Made by a program: the position numbers and the translations under genes. Of a DNA stretch of 64,000 bases, positions 59,349 through 64,000 are shown in pieces. The first letter of the stretch is position 1. Each line of letters starts with the position of its first letter. The notes under the pieces were generated by a model. The model saw nothing but the letters and a program-made list of their open reading frames with translations. It was not told where the DNA came from and did no database searches. Source of the DNA: Leptospira biflexa (lineage in GTDB: Bacteria > Spirochaetota > UBA4802 > UB4802); the NCBI GenBank assembly GCA_020721905.1, contig DYLU01000005.1, forward strand, positions 14,860-78,859, written 5' to 3'.

Positions 59349-61965
59349 ATGCTCGTATCCCATCCAGATATATCTTTATCTTTTCAAAGAGTGTTTCCAC
59401 TGTTTCCTGATTAATTAATTCTATTATTACATTTTTCCTGCCAGCCTGCTTTTCAGATAATGCTTTCTCTGAGCGCAATAAACTCAGTGCATTAGTATAA
59501 TTGGGAAGAGACAGTGATTCTGAAAGCGTTATTTCGCCTGTATGATACATTTTTACACCATTCTTGCGTATTTCAGTGAGCAGGTCTTTTTTCTGTATCT
59601 GAACTCTTTTCTTTGGCAATAATGTTGAACAAACAACATAGTATGATTCCAGGTATTCCTGTAAAATTCTTCCAAAAAAACGCAACTGGGCATCATTTTC
59701 CCTGTCATCATTAATTGCAATACTGTTTTCGGTTATTGTAGCATAACCTTTTTGCTGTATATACCTAATAGCGTCTTTTATGGAAATCATTACATCTTCC
59801 AGCATATTCTCCGGATAAATAAATTCTTTCATGAAAAGATCCCGTATATATACATATTCACTTCTGAAAGAATCTAATGAGGTTTCTTCTTTTTTATTCA
59901 TTATTCTGAGTGCAAGTGATGAAAACGTTAATGGCAGGAAGTAATGGACTATTGAATTTTTATAAAAAATCATTCTTGGCCTGTTTTCTTCCGGCAGAAC
60001 ATACATGTCAGGCATAGTTTCCAGTTTTTTCCCTTCACCCACCACTTTTAATGACTCCAGTATTTTATCTTCGCTGAAGGACTGAATAACATAATCAATT
60101 ATTTCATCAAAATTATTTCTATCCTTAAGAGTATCTGAAAGCTGATACCCTTTATATTCACAGAAATCATATAACGATTCAAAGTTATTCTTCACCATTT
60201 CACGTGAAAAGCCTTTGACTGAAGACATCAGTATAGCGGTAGTTGTCAGGGAAAATGGGGTGATGGTTACAACGTCATTGATTCTCCTGACAATATTCAT
60301 GGCAACCGATTCAGGGACATTGACGGGATTGAGTGTAGTTTTAATCTCTTTCAGAGTAAAAGTTTTATTAAAGTTAATATACACCATACCATATTTACGG
60401 TTAAGCAATTTTCTACTCTGCATCATACTGACTACCGACTCTTTTTCCTTTTCCTTGCCTTTAAGTTCCTGGACATAACTTGATTCTTCAAGAATACGGT
60501 CATAATTTATTGAAATTGGCACAAATACCACATCGGTATTATACCCTTCCTCAATTGCTTCAGTGATATAGCTCAAAAAACCTAATTTTGGGAATGCCAC
60601 CTTACCTGTTCTTGAACGACCGCCTTCAATAAAAAACTCAATGGTATATCCTTCAGAAACTATTGTTTTGATATATTGCTTAAATACCGTAGGATATAAT
60701 TTCAATCCCCTGAAGGTACGTCGCATGAAAAATGCACCAGAATGTCTGAAGATTATACCCATAGGGAAAAATGACAGGTTTACCCCGGCAGCAATGTGCG
60801 GAGGTGCCATTTTATTTTTATAAAATACATACGATAATAACAAATAATCCAGATGGCTCTTATGACAGGGGGTTAATACTAAGGGACCCCTGGTTGCCGC
60901 CTGACGTATTTCTTCAATGGCTTTGGGATCATACCGTATACCATCAAATATCTTTCTGAACATCCATTCCAGGGCCATTTCAAATAACCGTATGTACAAT
61001 ATGGAAAAATTGGCGGCTATCTCTTTAAAATATTTATAGGCTTTTTTACGCAATTTTGATTCCGGTATTCCATCTTCCAGAGCTACATTTCTAATCTCAT
61101 TTTCAACATTGGGATGATATAATACCCGTTCCATCATCTCCTGCTGTGATTTCAGCACCGGACCCAATATGGTACGTTTTTCATGATAATAATCTTCCAG
61201 CAATTTGTTGCGCAACATAACAGCCAACTGACGGGTATCATCAACTTTAGCTTTGTCTATCTCCTCTTTTAAATTAATTGGCTGTGATATTCGAACAAAG
61301 GGAGCTGTTGCACTTTTCATAATTGTCAGCCATGCAAAGAGCAGCGACTTATCACCTGTTGCCTGTGAACTGATTATTGAATACAATGGCCCCAATGGCG
61401 AACCCGATCGTTCTGGATTTCGATTCCAGAATATCATTTGTGGCAATAAATAGATTGGCTCATCAATTCGTTTCTGGACTTCTATTAAATAACGCAGGGA
61501 GTCATATTTAACTTCAGTATATCGTTTAAGGAAGTATCGTTTAGATAATAATGAAAAGAGGATGCTCTTATTATCTTTTATTAAACTTTCAACATAATCG
61601 GTATCAAGTACGTATTCATATTGCTTCCCCAACACTGTAGATGAGAAAAATTGCCATAAACGTCGGGTGATAAATCCAATATCCTGAAACCAGAAAGGAT
61701 TGTACTCCAGTGCAAATACCGGAATTGGATAGTTATGCCTGCGCAGTAAATTATATAATATCAGAAGCGAAAGGTTTGAACTCTGGAATGACGCATAGAC
61801 AACATGACCTTTCCCGGAACATTCTTCTATCCTTGAACAGCTTTCTTCATCAAAATCAACGGTGTTAAAAAGTACAAGAGCCAGTTTTTCAAGTAATGGA
61901 TTGAGACGTTCATATATTATTCCATCATATATGCCTGATGTTATAACCCCATCATTTTTTTTCAT
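59347..61965 (-). CDS. plsB: glycerol-3-phosphate 1-O-acyltransferase (PlsB-type)
   Basis: HX4D block (TPCHKSHLDYLLLS), GAFFMRR, FFIEGGRSRTGK, VPISINYD, and >850 aa length. AAGGGG lies ahead of the ATG at 61965, and the ORF is open to a GTG at 61974. Confidence 0.9.
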   Translation of the reverse strand: MKKNDGVITSGIYDGIIYERLNPLLEKLALVLFNTVDFDEESCSRIEECSGKGHVVYASFQSSNLSLLILYNLLRRHNYPIPVFALEYNPFWFQDIGFITRRLWQFFSSTVLGKQYEYVLDTDYVESLIKDNKSILFSLLSKRYFLKRYTEVKYDSLRYLIEVQKRIDEPIYLLPQMIFWNRNPERSGSPLGPLYSIISSQATGDKSLLFAWLTIMKSATAPFVRISQPINLKEEIDKAKVDDTRQLAVMLRNKLLEDYYHEKRTILGPVLKSQQEMMERVLYHPNVENEIRNVALEDGIPESKLRKKAYKYFKEIAANFSILYIRLFEMALEWMFRKIFDGIRYDPKAIEEIRQAATRGPLVLTPCHKSHLDYLLLSYVFYKNKMAPPHIAAGVNLSFFPMGIIFRHSGAFFMRRTFRGLKLYPTVFKQYIKTIVSEGYTIEFFIEGGRSRTGKVAFPKLGFLSYITEAIEEGYNTDVVFVPISINYDRILEESSYVQELKGKEKEKESVVSMMQSRKLLNRKYGMVYINFNKTFTLKEIKTTLNPVNVPESVAMNIVRRINDVVTITPFSLTTTAILMSSVKGFSREMVKNNFESLYDFCEYKGYQLSDTLKDRNNFDEIIDYVIQSFSEDKILESLKVVGEGKKLETMPDMYVLPEENRPRMIFYKNSIVHYFLPLTFSSLALRIMNKKEETSLDSFRSEYVYIRDLFMKEFIYPENMLEDVMISIKDAIRYIQQKGYATITENSIAINDDRENDAQLRFFGRILQEYLESYYVVCSTLLPKKRVQIQKKDLLTEIRKNGVKMYHTGEITLSESLSLPNYTNALSLLRSEKALSEKQAGRKNVIIELINQETVETLFEKIKIYLDGIRA

Positions 61966-62257
61966 AACAATCACCCCTTACAAATGAAGGCTATGAATGT
62001 TCATAGCCATTTTTTATTTTAATATTTTTAATACTTTATAAAGTACTAATCCTGTTTTAGTTATCTAACAATAGTAAACAAAAATATCTTAAATATCTTA
62101 CTTTTAATCATTTTTTAACCATGTAATAGACTTCTTTTAGTATTGTAAAATATACGTTTTTCATTGCAAGTACTTTTTTAAGATAATTGGACTGAAACAA
62201 TATACATATTTATATATATATTTTTAATTTTATGAACAGTTTAATTAAAAATAACCG

Positions 62258-62300
62258 TAATCTTATCCTATGGTATGCAGTATACCCGAGGATAAGATTA
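62258..62300. other. long imperfect hairpin / inverted repeat in the plsB - tRNA-Pro intergenic region
   Basis: TAATCTTATCCT (62258-62269) and AGGATAAGATTA (62289-62300) are perfect reverse complements. An inner 5-bp pair GGTAT/ATACC flanks the loop GCAGT. Confidence 0.4.
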
Positions 62301-62520
62301 TATCGTTGTAATAAATTTTAATAGTATAGTTTTTGTCTAAAATTGTCATCTTTGATTAAAAAAATGTTTGCAATATTTTTGTCCTATTGACAGTATATTC
62401 TTTAGAAAGAATATCATGAAAATTGTTACACGGTATAACCAGGATTAACAAACAGAAATTATGTTTACCACTATAAATTGTGTGGTAGAATATTTTCAAT
62501 AAAGCCTTTTAGAAAAACAT

Positions 62521-62595
62521 CGGGATGTAGCGCAGTCCGGTTAGCGCGCTTCGTTCGGGACGAAGAGGCCGGGAGTTCAAATCTCCCCATCCCGA
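62521..62595 (+). tRNA. tRNA-Pro (anticodon CGG)
   Basis: A manual cloverleaf fits. Acceptor CGGGATG/CATCCCG, D-arm GCGC-AGTCCGGTTA-GCGC, anticodon arm CTTCG-TTCGGGA-CGAAG (CGG), variable AGGCC, T-arm GGGAG-TTCAAAT-CTCCC, discriminator A. CCA is not encoded. Confidence 0.93.
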
Positions 62596-62623
62596 AAGCG
62601 TAAATATATATATCGAGGAATTG

Positions 62624-63046
62624 ATGACTCATTCTAAGATGACTTTATTAATAGCTAAATACCCTACAATTAAAGAAATACGTAAATCCATTTTAGATAA
62701 CATTATAATACAGCTTGCTCATAATAAAGTACAGGTAAAGCTTGATAACCTTGAACTGTATCTTATAATTGATGAAGCAATAACCAATGCCATGGAACAT
62801 GGCAACAAATGGGATCCCAATAAATATGTGCATGTTACTGTTGAAAAGAATACCAATCAATTGTATATCACAATTACCGATGAAGGCCATGGGTTTAAGC
62901 ATCCTGATTCGCCATCTGCACCTCACCTGCAACCACGCGGAAGAGGAATTTATATTATAAAGCAATTTTCTAAAGCCCGGTGGAATAAACAAGGCAACAG
63001 CATAACCATGGCAATACCCATTTTACATAATAACAATCCTGTTTAA
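62624..63046 (+). CDS. anti-sigma regulatory factor, RsbW/SpoIIAB-like serine protein kinase (HATPase_c)
   Basis: N-box IIDEAITNAMEHGN, G1 ITDEGHGF, G2 RGRGIYIIKQF. GAGGA lies 4 nt before the ATG at 62624 (a TTG at 62621 is also in frame). Confidence 0.8.
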   Translation: MTHSKMTLLIAKYPTIKEIRKSILDNIIIQLAHNKVQVKLDNLELYLIIDEAITNAMEHGNKWDPNKYVHVTVEKNTNQLYITITDEGHGFKHPDSPSAPHLQPRGRGIYIIKQFSKARWNKQGNSITMAIPILHNNNPV

Positions 63047-63067
63047 TGAGCCATAGAACACAGTGCT

Positions 63068-63397
63068 ATGAAACGATATAACAGTACCCCCAACCGGCTT
63101 TCATATACATCGGGGAAATACATCCCACCTGCAAAACGATATACCGGTAACTATCGCATACCACTCATAATTCTGGCGATAGTTATTGCAATAACTCTTG
63201 GTATATATAGAAGCTGTAACCATAATTACACCCATCAAACCACGGCAATACAACATCCTGAACAAACCAGTAATACAGTAAACAAGACTAAAACTCATGG
63301 AAAAATTGTACACAGAAAACAAAATATTCCCGTTAATATAGCCCCAGAGGATTCATTGCCGCCTGAAACCGATTTAAAAATATTGACCGACAAATAA
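63068..63397 (+). CDS. hypothetical single-TM protein
   Basis: ORF with ATG start and one TM (IPLIILAIVIAITLGIY). No family recognised. Confidence 0.4.
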   Translation: MKRYNSTPNRLSYTSGKYIPPAKRYTGNYRIPLIILAIVIAITLGIYRSCNHNYTHQTTAIQHPEQTSNTVNKTKTHGKIVHRKQNIPVNIAPEDSLPPETDLKILTDK

Positions 63398-63409
63398 ACT
63401 TTGATTTTT

Positions 63410-64000
63410 TTAAAAAATCCGGAAAACCCTGTACCACAATGCATGTAAAGAAAAGGCTATACGAGTACTCATGCCTATTGCCAGTACTATACACAGCATT
63501 CCTATACTGTAGATGATAGTTACAAACTGCCTGTCTTTAATCATTGCATTAAGATTTTCGGCATAATTCATTAATGGCGATGTATATCCTGATTTAACAA
63601 CCAGCGTAGTATGGCTGGGCGCGCTCCACTTATATACCGCTTTGCCATTCTGGTAATATACATACCGCATACGGGCTGTTATGATGTAATTTCCTGATTT
63701 TACATTTGTAAGCATTATTTCGCTGGTTGGGTGGGTAACAATAAACGGTGGTACTACCTTCTGTGAAGAAACAACAACTGAATACCCCAGTACCTGCTTG
63801 TGCAAAATATTTTTTGGCAATAATGAAAACCTGTAAAACGAAGAAGCATAAATTTCCTTAAACGGTATATTAAAAAGCACAACCGGATACTGTGCCATCA
63901 CCTTTCCGGGAACTTTTTCCGGTAACACTTCTGCAGGTACTACTCCTTTGGCTAATCGTTCATAGTATGCTGAATCAGCTTTTCCAACATCCCCAACAAC
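63410..64000 (-). CDS. hypothetical protein with C-terminal TM helix; 5' end probably outside window
   Basis: The frame stays open from the listed GTG at 63928 to the window edge (VVGDVGKADSAYYERLAKGVVPAE...), so the N-terminus may be truncated. C-terminal TM is IIYSIGMLCIVLAIGM. Confidence 0.45.
   Translation of the reverse strand, partial: VVGDVGKADSAYYERLAKGVVPAEVLPEKVPGKVMAQYPVVLFNIPFKEIYASSFYRFSLLPKNILHKQVLGYSVVVSSQKVVPPFIVTHPTSEIMLTNVKSGNYIITARMRYVYYQNGKAVYKWSAPSHTTLVVKSGYTSPLMNYAENLNAMIKDRQFVTIIYSIGMLCIVLAIGMSTRIAFSLHALWYRVFRIF

Noticed and set aside
62231-62317. A 28-codon ORF (MNSLIKNNRNLILWYAVYPRIRLYRCNK) spanning the 62258-62300 hairpin, and other micro-ORFs in the 4453-4939 spacer.
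   Set aside because: There is no Shine-Dalgarno sequence. The composition reflects AT-rich noise, and the ORF is better explained by the inverted repeat itself.
61975-62620. tRNA-Pro as an integration hotspot or genomic island boundary.
   Set aside because: There is no integrase, no direct repeat of the tRNA 3' end, and no obvious phage or mobile genes on either side. The flanking genes are ordinary (plsB, an anti-sigma kinase).
1-64000. CRISPR arrays, IS elements, prophage or known defence systems (RM, TA, CBASS, retron-like).
   Set aside because: I saw no regularly spaced direct repeats, no transposase, integrase or recombinase-like ORFs, and no nuclease/helicase/methylase-type gene clusters while reading both strands. 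The NTase domain at 12029-13708 sits in a housekeeping operon without effector-like neighbours.

Overview
This is a visibly AT-rich bacterial chromosomal segment, apparently from a diderm (lnt, Omp85-like and OMP beta-barrel proteins). Most genes lie on the minus strand in tightly packed, often overlapping strings. The centre (about 25.0-44.0 kb) is a flagellar motor/export cluster with spirochete-like order: DUF115/Maf-like, flbD, motA, motB, fliL, fliY, fliO, fliP, fliQ, fliR, flhB, flhA, flhF, flhG, a membrane ORF, fliA (sigma-28), a FapA/DUF342 protein, two unknown ORFs, cheR and cheD. It continues co-directionally into housekeeping genes: yicC, remA, gmk, rpoZ, miaA, hfq, a membrane ORF, and an unlisted 31-aa basic micro-ORF followed by a terminator. 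Elsewhere there are a partial GH13 glycosidase, an MBL hydrolase, a class III nucleotide cyclase, a CBS-PP2C phosphatase and a 1840-aa ten-PAS hybrid histidine kinase. There is also a ligA-lnt-(metallophosphoesterase/nucleotidyltransferase fusion) operon, a GalT-like gene, a PAP2-like gene, a Nudix hydrolase, a STAS protein and a bactofilin-pdxA operon. The remaining genes are an M23/LysM peptidase, a GAF/degenerate-GGDEF protein next to a very acidic 772-aa protein, plsB, tRNA-Pro(CGG) and an RsbW-like kinase. I see no CRISPR array, transposase, integrase, prophage or recognisable defence system, and I cannot support a claim of a clearly novel multi-gene system. The most unusual items are a Fe-S protein gene interrupted by one in-frame TGA (pseudogene versus selenoprotein), the hidden micro-ORF and the metallophosphoesterase-NTase fusion. 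Also notable are a mosaic HExxH/beta-propeller/Omp85-like outer-membrane protein, the acidic protein/GAF pair, and the flagellar cluster lacking fliM. All functional calls rest on motif recognition by eye; no database search was run.
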